DNA of 64,000 nt from Macrostomum lignano (GCA_002269645.1 NIVC01000591.1:124001-188000), one strand, 5' to 3'; positions 39,262 through 53,499 are shown, counted from the stretch's first letter. Numbers and translations: made by a program. The notes: generated by a model from the sequence alone, not told the origin.

Positions 39262-41570
39262 TTGCTTCCGCTGGCGTTGGCCACTAGGAGAAGAAGAGGC
39301 TGCAGCAGCCATGCTTTGGTGAAGCGGCTCCTGAGGCAAAGTGTGATACGGCGGCTTGTTCATGGCGTCGACTCGGTGGATGTGCACCGGCTGGATGGTG
39401 GAGTAGTGCTTCAGGATCAGCGGCTCCAGACGGTAGGCCTTAAGAAAAATAAGTTAAAAAAATCAATTCTAGACGTGAGATTTGTACTTTTATGGCAATT
39501 AGTTATAGGAGATATAGATTTCCCTTACATGAGGATATGGGAGATTTCCCTTACATGAGGATATGGGAGAATTCCCTTACATGAGGATATGGGAGATTTC
39601 CCTGACATGAGGATATGGGAGATTTCCCTGACATGAGGATATGGGAGATTTCCCTGACATGAGGATATGGGAGATTTCCCTGACATGAGGATATAGGAGA
39701 ATTCCCTGATATAAGGATATGGGGTATTCCCTGACGTGAGGATATGGGAGAATTCCCTAACATAAGGATATGGGGAATTCCCTGACATGAGGATATGGGA
39801 GAATTCCCTGACATGACGATATGGGAGAATTCCCTAACACGAGGATATGGGAGCATTCTTCGACATGAGGATATGGGCAAATTTCCCAACGGAGCTAATA
39901 ACTAAAATAAAAATAAAATTGAAATTGAAATTTATACTTACAACAGGATCAGCTGGGTGGTAAATATTATAGATTCGGTTCACAATAGACTTTGGCACAA
40001 TATCCTCCTGGGTGCCGTTGCCCTTTGGTCGAATGCCGCGCAGAGCCAGAAACACGGCGAGAGGAGAGCCGAGACAGAACAGATTCTCCAGCTGTTGTGT
40101 TCGGAGGTATTGACATCCAATTAAGATGGAGATTAATCTTATGAACTAATAATTATTAATTGATATGTGCACCCAAATGTACACCTATCACGAAACAATA
40201 TTAAGCAGTGTACAGTCATTCAGTTAGAGTAATGGCCCCAAAACCCCATAATCAATCCTAGGCAGTGTACTATCAGCCAGTTAGAATAGCCAACCCCAGA
40301 ACGACCACCCCATTCCACCGCATCAATCCAGGCAGTGTACATTCAGCCAGTTAGAATAGCCAACCCCAGAACGACCACCCCACTCCACCGCATCAATCCA
40401 GGCAGTGTACATTCAGCCAGTTAGAAAACCCAACCCCAGAACCACCACCCCACTCCACCGCATCAATCCTAGGCAGTGTACATCCAGCCAGTTAGAATAG
40501 CCAACCCCAGAACCACCACCCCACTCCACCGCATCAATCCAGGCAGTGTACATTCAGCCAGTTAGAATAGCCAACCCCAGAACCACCACCCCACTCCACC
40601 GCATCAATCCTAGGCAGTGTACATTCAGCCAGTTAGAATAGCCAACCCCAGAACCACCACCCCACTCCACCGCATCAATCCTAGGCAGTGTACATTCAGC
40701 CAGTTAGATTAGCCAACCGAAGAACCCCCCACACCAAACCCTAGCAAGTCTGGGCAGTGTACACTATCAACCTTAATAGAATAGATAGAATAGAATACTT
40801 GTATATTGAGTTAAATTTAGGTAAATTTTGCCACAAAGATCATCCGGAGATGATATTAACAAACTGCATGGTTATACCAAAAGCAAGAGACAATTCTCAT
40901 CACTCATAGTTAAAAAGCACAGCTGGCATGTACCTGGCAATAATAAAACACAAGCGCATGTCAATGTACATAAACTTTTCAATTTAATAATTAATAAAGA
41001 CACCTCAATATATTAAGTTAAGCCCCTTCACCAGTTAAAATTGATGTTATCTGGCAAATGGCTACTTGTTAATGATTAGTTGCATTACCTGCGGCAAACC
41101 TCTCCATAGGGGACCGGATTTAAAATTACTAGGAAAATTGGCTTGCTGCAAAAATGTTTTCATTTTGGCGCAATTATTGCATTTTTGACTACTTATAAGT
41201 AGACAACGATGTATAATAATTGTTCGCATTGTTAGTAATATTTACATTCATTATCCAATAAATTCATAACTTACCCGAAAATTGGTGCAAGAATTAGCGC
41301 TTTTGTGCTGCTTCTCGGCCATAGACAGCAGGGAGTACTCCAGTTCCGTTACTCTGAAACAGTGATTCAGTATCAATAAGTACTGACCTGCTGCAGAAGC
41401 ACACTGCTCACAATTGCTTACTTCTTGCGAGCCTCGTCCAGTTCTTTCAGCACCTGCTGACACTCCTCTCTGTCGTTGGACTTGTCGTTCTGAAGTTTGA
41501 AGATTTATGTGTTTGTCAATATGGACTGAACTCGAGATTTCATGGCTGCATGGAGACAAATGGGGGATGG

Positions 41571-41609
<39 letters not shown>

Positions 41610-41640
41610 GAGACAGACAGACAGACAGACAGACAAACAA

Positions 41641-41675
<35 letters not shown>

Positions 41676-41676
41676 C

Positions 41677-41715
<39 letters not shown>

Positions 41716-41752
41716 CACAGACACTAAGACAGACAGACAGACAGACAGACAC

Positions 41753-41795
<43 letters not shown>

Positions 41796-41796
41796 A

Positions 41797-41831
<35 letters not shown>

Positions 41832-41930
41832 CACAGACAGACAGACAGACAGACAGACACACAGACACTAAGACAGACAGACAGACAGACAGACACACAG
41901 ACAGACAGACAGACAGACACACAGACACTA

Positions 41931-41971
<41 letters not shown>

Positions 41972-41976
41972 TACAT

Positions 41977-42019
<43 letters not shown>

Positions 42020-42020
42020 A

Positions 42021-42051
<31 letters not shown>

Positions 42052-42052
42052 C

Positions 42053-42091
<39 letters not shown>

Positions 42092-42128
42092 CACAGACAC
42101 TAAGACAGACAGACAGACAGACAGACAC

Positions 42129-42175
<47 letters not shown>

Positions 42176-45100
42176 CACAGGCAGGCAGACAGACAGACAG
42201 ACAGACACACAGACACACAGGCAGACAGACACAGAGCAGAGGCTCACCAGGTAGCTGTGCACGAACTGGTCATACAGCTGCATGGGATTCCAGCCCATAA
42301 CAATATCGTAGGTGATGACGCAGCCCAGCGAGTGGCCGATGACGGACACTTTGCCGCCAGCCGGCTCAAAGTAGGGGTGCCTGGCGCAGAACATGCTGTA
42401 CAGGCGGCTGAGCTCCGTCTGCAGGCCGTGGGTGATCTCGGCGCGGTACAGGGGGCTGGTGTAGTACAGCACGTCCATTGCGGATGAGTTCAACAGGGTG
42501 CGAAGGCCGCGGATATTTGGTGGTGTAATTGAGTCCACGGTGTCGCCTGCGGCATTTTTGTTTTTTATTGTCGTTGATTATTGGTCAGAATTTACATGCT
42601 TATGAGCAGTCATTCCGATAGTTTATGAGCAGTCATTTTGATGGTTTATGAGCAGTCATTTTGATGGTTTATGAGCAGCCATTTTGATGGTTTATGAGAA
42701 GTTATTTTGATGGTTTATGAGCAGTCATTTTGATGGTTTATGAGCAGCCACTCTGATAGTTTATGAGCAGTCATTATGATATTTTATGAGCAGTCACTCT
42801 GATAGTTTATGAGCAGTCATTCTGATGGTTTATGAGCAGTCATTGTGATATTTTATGAGCAGTCACTCTGATGATAGTTTATGAGCAGTCATTCTGATGG
42901 TTTATAAGTAATAATTTTGATGATTTATTGTGGGTCATATTTATGGTTTATGAAATCATTGCATTTTTACAAGGGCTAATTCCAATGGTTTATAAACGGT
43001 CATTCTGATAATTGGCACCCCACCCCTTACCATCTAAAGTGAGTGCAGATCTCCATTCGACTGGCAGAAACTCCACTCTCTGATTCGCGGAATCCAAATC
43101 CGGAAAGAATTTCTTCTTAATCCGTTCGCAAGTCTGCCTCAGATCGAAGGCGCATTTAACAATGGCGCCCGTTCGCATCTTCTGCCCGATGCCGTGAATA
43201 ACAAAGACTAGATGAGTAATATCAGCCAGCTTCTCTTCAACTTTGGCTTCATCTTTGTACCCTCTGACCAGGCGAGCCCCGGTGCGCTGGACGCCGAGTT
43301 TCTGCAGGATGAACCGGCTGGTTGAGTCCTGGTACAGGTGCACCTGGCGAAGGTCGTACCAGTTCACGTGACAGTCGGTCAGGCGCAGGCTGTGGATGGC
43401 TGTGAATGGGTTTTGGGATAATCATTATAGAGTGATAAAATGGGATTTTGGGATAAATCAATTCCCAGAGTGACAACATGAGATTTTGGGATAAATCACT
43501 CCTCCAGAGTGACAAGATGGGATTTTGGGATGAATCGCTCTCCCAGAGTGACAAGATGGGATTTTGGGATGAATCGCTCTCCCAGAGTGACAAGATGGGA
43601 TTTTGGGATGAATCGCTCTCCCAGAGTGACAAGATGGGATTTTGGGATGAATCGCTCTCCCAGAGTGACAAGATGGGATTTTGAGATGAATCACTCCCCT
43701 AGAGCGACGAAATGGGATTTTAGGATAAATCACTCCTCCAGAGTGACAAGATGGGATTTTGGGATGAATCGCTCTCCCAGAGTGACAAGATGGGATTTTG
43801 GGATGAATCGCTCTCCCAGAGTGACAAGATGGGATTTTGGGATTAATCACCACCCCCTCAGAGTGACAAGATGGGATTTTGGGATAAATCACTCCCCCAG
43901 CGTGACAAAATGGGATTTTGGGATGAATCACCACCCCCTCAGAGTGACAAGATGGGATTTTAGGATAAATCACTCCCCCAGAGTGACAACATGGGATTTT
44001 GGGATAAATCACTCACCCAGAGTGACAAGATAGGATTTTGAGATAAATCACTCCCCCAGAGTGACAAGATGGGATTTTGGGATGAATCACTCCCCCAGAG
44101 TGACAAGATGGGATTTTGGGATGAATCACTCCCCCAGAGTGACAAAATGGGATTTTGGGATAAATCACCACCCCCTCAGAGTGACAAAATGGGATTTTGG
44201 GATAAATCACTCCCCCAGCGTGACAAAATGGGATTTTGGGATGAATCACCACCCCCTCAGAGTGACAAGATGGGATTTTGGGATGAATCACCCCCTCAGA
44301 GTGACAAGATGGGATTTTAGGATAAATCACTCCCCCAGAGTGACAACATGGGATTTTAGGATAAATCACTCCTCCAGCACATGAGGACAGCTACAAGAAA
44401 ATTAACTATAACAGAGAATTACATGGCCAATCACTAACAAAATTACAACAGAAAAGTGTTGCTAAGGTGTGCCAGCCACGTGAGCACACACTGTACAAGA
44501 GTACAAGATTATAAGCCAGAGAAGTTGAAGAAAAGACTAAAAAATTCATGCACAATGTCAGTAACAGCCTGTCCAAAATTCCGACAAAGAAATGAGAAAT
44601 AAACAACAAAAATTGGAACAAGCTGGCTTTTGAGCCTGTTAAAAACATTAAAAAAACAAAATTAATAAACTTCTCCATTTCCTCGTTGCACGACTAAGAA
44701 AAACACGTGGATGACAAAAAAAGTGAAGCCAAGGCCCACATACGGGCGAAAGTCAGGGCGTTGATCTCGTCGCAAGTCGACAAGGACTGCTTTAATTTTG
44801 CGCCGGCTGGGGTTTGTTTTAAACAAAATTAGGGCAGGTAATTGAAAGTGTTCGAAGGAAAAGTAATGAAAACAGCGGATAATGGGGTGGGATCTTCGTG
44901 ATAGCGAGTCAGTGGGTCAGTCAGTGGGTCAGTCAGTCAGTGGGTCAGTCAGTAGGTCAGTCAGTCAGTGGGTCAGTCAGTCAGTGGGTCAGTCAGTCAG
45001 TAGGTCAGTCAGTCAGTGGGTCAGTCAGTCAGTGGGTCAGTCAGAGGGTCAGTGGGTCAGTGGATCAGTGGGTCAGTCAGTGGGTCAGTCAGTGGGTCAG

Positions 45101-48100
45101 TCAGTCAGTGGATCAGTGGGTCAGTCAGTGGGTCAGTGGATCAGTGGGTCAGTCAGTGGGTCAGTCAGTGGGTCAGTCAGTGGATCAGTGGATCAGTGGG
45201 TCAGTCAGTGAGTCAGTCAGTCAGTCAGTGGGTCAGTCAGTCAGTGGGTCAGTCAGTGGGTCAGTGGATCAGTGGGTCAGTCAGTGGGTCAGTCAGTCAG
45301 TGAGTCAGTCAGTCAGTGGGTCAGTCAGTCAGTGGGTCAGTCAGTGGGTCAGTCAGTCAGTGGGTCAGTCAGTGGGTCAGTCAGTCAGTGGGTCAGTCAG
45401 TGGGTCAGTCAGTCAGTGGGTCAGTCAGTCAGTAGGTCAGTCAGTCAGTGGGTCAATCAGTCAGTGGGTCAGTCGGGTTAGTCAGTGGGTCAGTGGATCA
45501 GTGGGTCAGTCAGTGGGTCAGTCAGTCAGTGAGTCAGTCAGTCAGTGGGTCAGTCAGTCAGTGGGTCAGTCAGTGGGTCAGTCAGTCAGTGGGTCAGTCA
45601 GTGGGTCATTCAGTCAGTCAGTGGGTCAGTCAGTGGGTCAGTCAGTCAGTGGGTCAGTCAGTGGGTCAGTCAGTCAGTGGGTCAGTCAGTCAGTAGGTCA
45701 GTCAGTCAGTGGGTCAATCAGTCAGTGGGTCAGTCGGGTTAGTCAGTGGGTCAGTGGGTCAGTGGGTCAGTCAGTCAGTGGGTCAGTCAGTGGGTCATTC
45801 AGTCAGTCAGTGGGTCAGTCAGTGGGTCAGTCAGTGGGTCAGTCAGTCAGTGGGTCAGTCAGTGGGTCAGTCAGTCAGTGGGTCAGTCAGTGGGTCAGTC
45901 AGTCAGTAGGTCAGTCAGTCAGTGGGTCAATCAGTCAGTGGGTCAGTGGGTTAGTCAGTGGGTCAGTGGGTCAGTCAGTGGGTCAGTCAGTCAGTGGGTC
46001 AATCAGTCAGTGGGTCAGTGGGTTAGTCAGTGGGTCAGTCAGTGGGTCAGTGGATCAGTGGGTCAGTCAGTGGGTCAGTGGGTCAGTCAGTGGGTCAGTC
46101 AGTGGGTCAGTGGGTCATTCAGTCAGTCAGTGGGTCACTCAGTGAGTCAGTCAGTAAAAAAATCGATTGAAAGGAAAAAAAGTTATTTCTTGATATCAGC
46201 AGGTATTTAAAAAAGATCAAATTATCTCGATCTATCAGAAAAGGTAAAAGTTTTAAAAGTCAAGTTGAATTCAACATCAGAAACAAGCAATACTCAACAT
46301 TTATAAAGTTTATGAAACGGTGCAAATAATATGTAAAAACTGAAAACTGTTCATGCACAAAAAACTTCAGCGCACTTATTTTCACCTCAACTCACCTTCC
46401 TTTGACTTGGAGCTGCCACTGGCGCCGCCGCCGCCACCGCTGCTGCCTCCTTCGCGACAAACCGGCGACTCCTCGTAGCGAAGGCCTTCGAATTTGGCCA
46501 GGTGCTCGGCTTCAATCTGGGCTGCCAGATCTTCTGGCAGGGGCTGCCAGCCGTTCTCACGAAACCAGGTGCCGCGGGTGAGCACGGCGGTTTGTTTAAC
46601 ACCTGGATGCAGAATTTGTTAATTATAAATAAATTTTAAACTACACCAAAGTTTTGTTTAATTTTAATTTAATTTAATTAATTTTCAAATTAACGGCAGA
46701 TAAATTGAATTAACAAATAAGATATTTTAATCAAGTTAAAGTTGATTATCTGAACAATTCCCCTCGGAGTCATTGCCTATCTGAACAATTCCCCTTCAGT
46801 CATTGCCTATCTGAACAATTCCCCTCGAGTCATTGCCTATCTGAACAATTCCTCTCGAGTCATTGCCAATCTGAACAATTCCCCTCCAGTCATTTCCAAT
46901 CTGAACAATTCCCCTCCAGTCATTGCCTATTTGAACAATTCCCCTCCAGTCATTGCCTATCTGAACAATTCCCCTCGAGTCATTGCCAATCTGAACAATT
47001 CCCCTCCAGTCATTGAGTATTTGAACAATTCCCCTCGAGTTATTTGCAATCTGAACAATTCCTCCCGAGTCATTGCCTATCTGAACAATTCCCCTCAAGT
47101 CATTGAGTATCTGAACAATTCCCCTCAAGTCATTGAGTATCTGAACAATTCCCCTCGAGTCATTGCCAATCTGAACAATTCCCCTCCAGTCATTGAGTAT
47201 TTGAACAATTCCCCTCGAGTTATTTGCAATCTGAACAATTCCTCCCGAGTCATTGCCTATCTGAACAATTCCCCTCGAGTCATTGAGTATCTGAACAATT
47301 CCCCTCGAGTCATTGAGTATCTGAACAATTCTCCTTGAGTCATTGAGTATCTGAACAATTCCCCTCGAGTCATTGAGTATCTGAACAATTCTCCTTGAGT
47401 CATTGAGTATCTGAACAATTCCCCTCGAGTCATTGAGTATCTGAACAATTCCCCTCGAGTCACTGAGTATCTGAACAATTCCCCTCAAGTCATTGAGTAT
47501 CTGAACAATTCCCCTCGAGTCATTGCCTATCTGAACAATTCCCCTCGAGTCATTGAGTATCTGAACAATTCCCCTCAAGTCATTGAGTATCTGAACAATT
47601 CCCCTCGAGTCATTGCCTATCTGAACAATTCCCCTCGAGTCATTGCCTATCTGAACAATTCCCCTCAAGTCATTGAGTATCTGAACAATACCCTCGAGTC
47701 ATTGCCAATCTGAAAAATTCCCCTTAAGTCATTGAGTATCTGAACAATTCCCCTCGAGTCACTGGCCATGTGAACAATTCCCCTCGAGTCACTGGCCATG
47801 TGAACAATTCCTTTCAACTTATTGGTTCTCTAAACAATGCCCCCTTAAGTCGCTGATCTGATAGCTCTCCCTATTAAACCTTGACCATTAGCCGTTCAAA
47901 TTCCATGAATTCGCAAAGCGAGGATAATTAGGTAAATGCTTTTAAATGAGCTGCTTTAATTGCAGTTTTTTTCATGTTCAATAAGACTGTACAGGCGTTA
48001 TTTTTAAAAAAAGTCAGGTTATGAAAACCAAATCTGGGAAATACAGAGAAGTTACTGGTAACACAAGCAAAATAGAACATAATTAACTCTAAGACAACTA

Positions 48101-51100
48101 TAAACTTCAGACACATTTTTATCAGCTTTGATTATCTTAACTAAAAACTCGTATTAGTGAAAATTAAAACTGATCAGCCAAATTCAAAGAAGAATTTCCG
48201 CAGGTAAGGGGGGGGGCAGAATGAGCGGCCCAATAAAAGTGTCAGAAGGCGACGCACAGCATAGAAACAATATATTATAATATTATACTTGTATACTTAC
48301 TCATTTTGTTAACTCGCATCTCTAAAATTGAGGAATAAATAATTTGAGCAAATTGGAAAAAGCCAAAATAAAAACGGTGCTCAAGAAATCTTTTTGGCAA
48401 ATTTAAACTCCGCGGCACCAGAAAAGCATGCAGTTTCTTTAATGCAAAAAATCTAGAAATTTAATCTTCGAATTTCCCAGAAATTTCTATAATTTAACAA
48501 ACAAAAATGAGTTGAAAAACAATAAAGCAAAAATTATGATTTATTAATTATTTTGTGTACTTTTGCGCCAACTCTTCGGCATTCGATTTGGTTTGCCGCG
48601 CCAATCCAGCTCAGAAACGGCTGCAAGTTTGTTAGAATGAATCTCAGAAATAATCTTTACTTAGAAAACAATACTAATATATATAGTCGACAGTTATGCA
48701 AACAACATAAATTATTGTACTACTAAAAGGGTTAAATTTCGCAACTTAATAGGAAAAACTGATCAATAACAAATTTTTACTAGTAATGTACTTTTTTATG
48801 CTGACACCGCTACCCTCCTCAGGTCATTTAGTGCACTGACACCGCTACCCTCCTCAGGGCATTCAGTGCACTGACACCGCTACCCTCCTCAGGTCATTTA
48901 GTGCACTGACACCGCTACCCTCCTCAGGTCATTTAGTGCACTGACACCGCTACCCTCCTCAGGTCATTTAGTGCACTGACACCGCTACCCTCCTCAGGTC
49001 ATTTAGTGCACTGACACCGCTACCCTCCTCAGGTCATTTAGTGCACTGACACCGCTACCCTCCTCAGGTCATTTAGTGCACTGACACCGCTACCCTCCTC
49101 AGGTCATTTAGTGCACTGACACCGCTACCCTCCTCAGGTCATTTAGTGCACTGACACCGCTACCCTCCTCAGGGCATTCAGTGCACTGACACCGCTACCC
49201 TCCTCAGGTCATTTAGTGCACTGACACCGCTACCCTCCTCAGGTCATTTAGTGCACTGACACCGCTACCCTCCTCAGGTCATTTAGTGCACTGACACCGC
49301 TACCCTCCTCAGGTCATTTAGTGCACTGACACCGCTACCCTCCTCAGGTCATTTAGTGCACTGACACCGCTACCCTCCTCAGGTCATTTAGTGCACTGAC
49401 ACCGCTACCCTCCTCAGGTCATTTAGTGCACTGACACCGCTACCCTCCTCAGGTCATTTAGTGCACTGACACCGCTACCCTCCTCAGGTCATTTAGTGCA
49501 CTGACACCGCTACCCTCCTCAGGTCATTTAGTGCACTGACACCGCTACCCTCCTCAGGTCATTTAGTGCACTGACACCGCTACCCTCCTCAGGTCATTTA
49601 GTGCACTGACACCGCTACCCTCCTCAGGTCATTCAGTGCACTGACACCGCTACCCTCCTCAGGTCACTCAGTGCACTGACACCGCTATCCTCCTCAGGTC
49701 ACTCAGTGCACTGACACCGCTATCCTCCTCAGGTCACTCAGTGCACTAGCTGACACCGCTACCCTCCTCAGGTCTTATTAGTGCTGACACAGCTACCCCC
49801 TCAGGTCACTCAGTGCACTGACACCGCTATCCTCCTCAGGTCTTATTAGTGCTGACACCGCTACCCTCCTCAGGTCACTCAGTGCACTGACACCGCTATC
49901 CTCCTCAGGTCTTATTAGTGCTGACACCGCTACCCTCCTCAGGTCACTCAGTGCACTGACACCGCTATCCTCCTCAGGTCACTCAGTGCACTGACACCGC
50001 TATCCTCCTCAGGTCACTCAGTGCACTGACACCGCTACCCTCCTCAGGTCACTCAGTGCACTGACACCGCTACCCTCCTCAGGTCATTTAGTGCACTGAC
50101 ACCGCTACCCTCCTCAGGTCATTTAGTGCACTGACACCGCTACCCTCCTCAGGTCATTTAGTGCACTGACACCGCTACCCTCCTCAGGTCATTTAGTGCA
50201 CTGACACCGCTACCCTCCTCATGTCATTTAGTGCACTGACACCGCTACCCTCCTCAGGTCATTCAGTGCACTGACACCGCTACCCTCCTCAGGTCACTCA
50301 GTGCACTGACACCGCTATCCTCCTCAGGTCACTCAGTGCACTGACACCGCTATCCTCCTCAGGTCACTCAGTGCACTAGCTGACACCGCTACCCTCCTCA
50401 GGTCTTATTAGTGCTGACACAGCTACCCCCTCAGGTCACTCAGTGCACTGACACCGCTATCCTCCTCAGGTCTTATTAGTGCTGACACCGCTACCCTCCT
50501 CAGGTCACTCAGTGCACTGACACCGCTATCCTCCTCAGGTCTTATTAGTGCTGACACCGCTACCCTCCTCAGGTCACTCAGTGCACTGACACCGCTATCC
50601 TCCTCAGGTCACTCAGTGCACTGACACCGCTACCCTCCTCAGGTCATTCAGTGCACTAGCTGACACCGCTACCCCTCAGGTCTTATTAGTGCTGACACCG
50701 CTACCCTCCTCAGGTCACTCAGTGCACTGACACCGCTACCCTCCTCAGGGCATTCAGTGCACTAGCTGACACCGCTACCCTCCTCAGGTCTTATTAGTGC
50801 TGACACAGCTACCCCCTCAGGTCACTCAGTGCACTGAACCGCTATCCTCCTCAGGTCACTCAGTGCACTGACACCGCTATCCTCCTCAGGTCACTCAGTG
50901 CACTGACACCGCTATCCTCCTCAGGTCACTCAGTGCACTAGCTGACACCGCTACCATCCTCAGGTCTTATTAGTGCTGACACAGCTACCCCCTCAGGTCA
51001 CTCAGTGCACTGACACCGCTATCCTCCTCAGGTCTTATTAGTGCTGACACCGCTACCCTCCTCAGGTCACTCAGTGCACTGACACCGCTATCCTCCTCAG

Positions 51101-53371
51101 GTCTTATTAGTGCTGACACCGCTACCCTCCTCAGGTCACTCAGTGCACTGACACCGCTATCCTCCTCAGGTCACTCAGTGCACTGACACCGCTATCCTCC
51201 TCAGGTCACTCAGTGCACTGACACCGCTACCCTCCTCAGGTCACTCAGTGCACTGACACCGCTATCCTCCTCAGGTCACTCAGTGCACTGACACCGCTAC
51301 CCTCCTCAGGTCATTCAGTGCACTAGCTGACACCGCTACCCCTCAGGTCTTATTAGTGCTGACACCGCTATCCTCCTCAGGTCATTCAGTGCACTGACAC
51401 CGCTACCCTCCTCAGGTCACTCAGTGCACTGACACCGCTATCCTCCTCAGGTCACTCAGTGCACTGACACCGCTACCCTCCTCAGGTCATTCAGTGCACT
51501 GACACCGCTACCCTCCTCAGGTCACTCAGTGCACTGACACCGCTACCCTCCTCAGGTCATTCAGTGCACTGACACCGCTACCCTCCTCAGGTCTTATTAG
51601 TGCTGACACCGCTACCCTCCTCAGGTCACTCAGTGCACTGACACCGCTACCCTCCTCAGGTCACTCAGTGCACTGACACCGCTACCCTCCTCAGGTCACT
51701 CAGTGCACTGACACCGCTATCCTCCTCAGGTCACTCAGTGCACTGACACCGCTACCCTCCTCAGGTCACTCAGTGCACTGACACCGCTACCCTCCTCAGG
51801 TCACTCAGTGCACTGACACCGCTATCCTCCTCAGGTCATTCAGTGCACTGACACCGCTACCCTCCTCAGGTCATATTAGTGCTGACACCGCTACCCTCCT
51901 CAGGTCATATTAGTGCTGACACCGCTACCCTCCTCGGGTCTTATTAGTGCTGACACCGCTACCCTCCTCAGGTCATATTAGTGCTGACACCGCTACCCTC
52001 CTCAGGTCACTCAGTGCACTGACACCGCTACCCTCCTCAGGTCACTCAGTGCAGTGACACCGCTACCCTCCTCAGGTCACTCAGTGCACTGACACCGCTA
52101 CCCTCCTCAGGTCACTCAGTGCAGTGACACCGCTACCCTCCTCAGGTCACTCAGTGCACTGACACCGCTACCCTCCTCAGGTCACTCAGTGCAGTGACAC
52201 CGCTACCCTCCTCAGGTCACTCAGTGCAGTGACACCGCTACCCTCCTCAGGTCATTTAGTGCAGTGACACCGCTACCCTCCTCAGGTCACTCAGTGCACT
52301 GACACCGCTACCCTCCTCAGGTCACTCAGTGCAGTGACACCGCTACCGTCCTCAGGTCTTATTAGTGCTGACACCGCTACCCTGATGATATTTAATAGGT
52401 AAATACGGTCAGAGTAATTAAAAAAACAAATAGGAATTCTGTGTAAACGTCATATTACATGCTACTACAAGTAGGTATTTATAAATGAATTCAGATATGC
52501 TATCATCAAGGTGGCTAATATTGCAATCAATCAAACTACACTAATTTTAAACTTTTACCTGACCAATAGATTGGCCGACAACTTCTAGCCGCGATGTCAG
52601 CTTCAAACAGGCCACCCCGAACTAGGATCTTCTCCGTGTGGCTGTCGCCGCTGCCACCAGTAGCTGGAGCTGCGGCTGCGGCACCAGCGGCAGTGCACAA
52701 GAGTTCGCGGTGTTTGCACTCTAATCTCAGCGAATCGTAGCCATTAAATGGCAGCCATTTTTTCTCGCCTTCCTCTTGGTAGAACCAGCGGATCTGGGAT
52801 TGTAGTAGGCGCTTTTTGTTTATGCAGCTTTTTAGGGGCGATTGTGAGGCCATTATAAGGGCAATTCTTAGGCCTATTTAATGGCGATTCTTAGGCCTAT
52901 TTAAGGGCGATTCTTAGGCTTATTTAAGGGCGATTCTTAGGCCTATTTAAGGGCGATTCTAAGGCCTATTTAAGGGCGATTCTTAGGCCTATTTAAGGGC
53001 GATTCTTGGGCCTTCATAGGGACGATTTTTAGGTCACTATAAGAGCGATTTTAGACTTTCATAAGTACGATGTTTAGACCAATATTCACCTCTTCCGGTC
53101 GCAGCTCGGCAACGCAGTCGTTAGCCGGATACAGTGGATTAGTCATGGCTCGCCTATTAATCCTAGCAGCTGCAGCCGCGTACTCCGGGTTATTTGTAGT
53201 CGATGAAGCAGTGGATGACACATCCTCAGAGGAGAAGGACAAAGCATCGTAATCGCGCAGGTAGGGATCTGTAGATGCGCTAGTCAGTGGGTCAATGCCT
53301 CTGTAGCGGCACTGGTCTCTGTAAGACAGGCCTTCGCGTTCCGTTAGCTGCACCTCGGAAGAGTCTGCCAT
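30868..53371 (-). CDS. DDHD1: DDHD1-like phosphatidic-acid-preferring phospholipase A1; exons 53090-53371, 52559-52793, 46396-46602, 43031-43399, 42248-42546, 41422-41489, 41275-41353, 39942-40091, 39045-39438, (37655-37723 candidate), 30868-31385
   Basis: All junctions are GT-AG with compatible phases. Motifs: ELRPEE|[57 protein letters not shown], lipase [43 protein letters not shown]|AYRLEPL, and C-terminal RLDYQL...SHTAYW (DDHD domain). Confidence 0.93.
31405..31900. repeat. (CAGATAATCA/CATAATCA) minisatellite next to the last DDHD1 acceptor
   Basis: Directly visible. Confidence 0.93.
32638..32858 (+). repeat. 5' LTR (221 bp)
   Basis: Identical to the 3' LTR except (TC)9 versus (TC)7; contains AATAAA. 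Confidence 0.95.
32860..32874 (+). other. Primer-binding site complementary to the tRNA-Ser(GCU) 3' end; overlaps the gag ATG
   Basis: TGGCGACGAGGATGG is the reverse complement of ...CCATCCTCGTCGCCA, the recalled tRNA-Ser(GCT) 3' end. Confidence 0.7.
32871..36812 (+). CDS. Gag-Pol polyprotein interrupted by a single in-frame TAG at 34782-34784
   Basis: Two CCHC knuckles ([28 protein letters not shown]), protease IDTGA, RT FIDD, RNase H (ECDSS, YSQTEKE), integrase HHCC plus RIHMDY/SDNG/NGLAE. ORFs 32871-34784 and 34797-36812 share a frame (offset 1926 = 642 codons). Confidence 0.93.
36911..37127 (+). repeat. 3' LTR (217 bp)
   Basis: Matches the 5' LTR; preceded by the polypurine tract. Confidence 0.95.
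37994..38930. repeat. Purine-rich minisatellite (GGGAGAGAGGGAGATGGGA-like), intronic
   Basis: Directly visible; polypyrimidine on the DDHD1 sense strand. Confidence 0.93.
39517..39880. repeat. 26-bp minisatellite (GAGGATATGGGAGATTTCCCTGACAT), intronic
   Basis: About 14 copies. Confidence 0.92.
40255..40765. repeat. 70/71-bp minisatellite (GGCAGTGTACATTCAGCCAGTTAGAATAGCC...CGCATCAATCCA), intronic
   Basis: About 7 copies. Confidence 0.92.
41570..42235. repeat. (AGAC)n compound microsatellite, intronic
   Basis: Directly visible. Confidence 0.95.
42595..42995. repeat. 23-bp minisatellite (TTATGAGCAGTCATTCTGATGGT), intronic
   Basis: Directly visible. Confidence 0.88.
43420..44380. repeat. 39-bp minisatellite (GAGTGACAAGATGGGATTTTGGGATGAATCGCTCTCCCA), intronic
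   Basis: About 24 copies. Confidence 0.94.
44905..46155. repeat. (GTCA)n/(GTGG) compound tetranucleotide array, intronic
   Basis: Directly visible. Confidence 0.95.
46745..47810. repeat. 30-bp minisatellite (CTGAACAATTCCCCTCGAGTCATTGAGTAT), intronic
   Basis: About 35 copies. Confidence 0.95.
48800..52382. repeat. 35-bp minisatellite (CTGACACCGCTACCCTCCTCAGGTCATTTAGTGCA), 3.6 kb, intronic
   Basis: About 100 copies with ordered variant blocks; no spacers. Confidence 0.96.
52855..53040. repeat. 23-bp minisatellite (TTAAGGGCGATTCTTAGGCCTAT), DDHD1 intron 1
   Basis: About 8 copies. Confidence 0.9.
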
Positions 53372-53499
53372 CCAGATTTGATTTATGGACTGACTATGCC
53401 AAACCGTGCAGATGATGAGTTATTGCACTGGGCATTGGGAGCAGAAATTGAAGCATAGGGGCTTGCTTAATGTCAATTTATGGGATCGAATTAAGGTGT

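Noticed and set aside
41251-41545. Single DDHD1 exon starting at the ATGCAG acceptor (41546)
   Set aside because: The phase is incompatible with the phase-0 donor at 42247 (it gives an immediate TGA). A two-exon model (41422-41489, 41275-41353) restores both frame and homology.
48800-52382. 35-bp repeats with internal palindromes as a CRISPR array
   Set aside because: The units are directly adjacent with no unique spacers, there are no cas genes, and the context is a eukaryotic intron.
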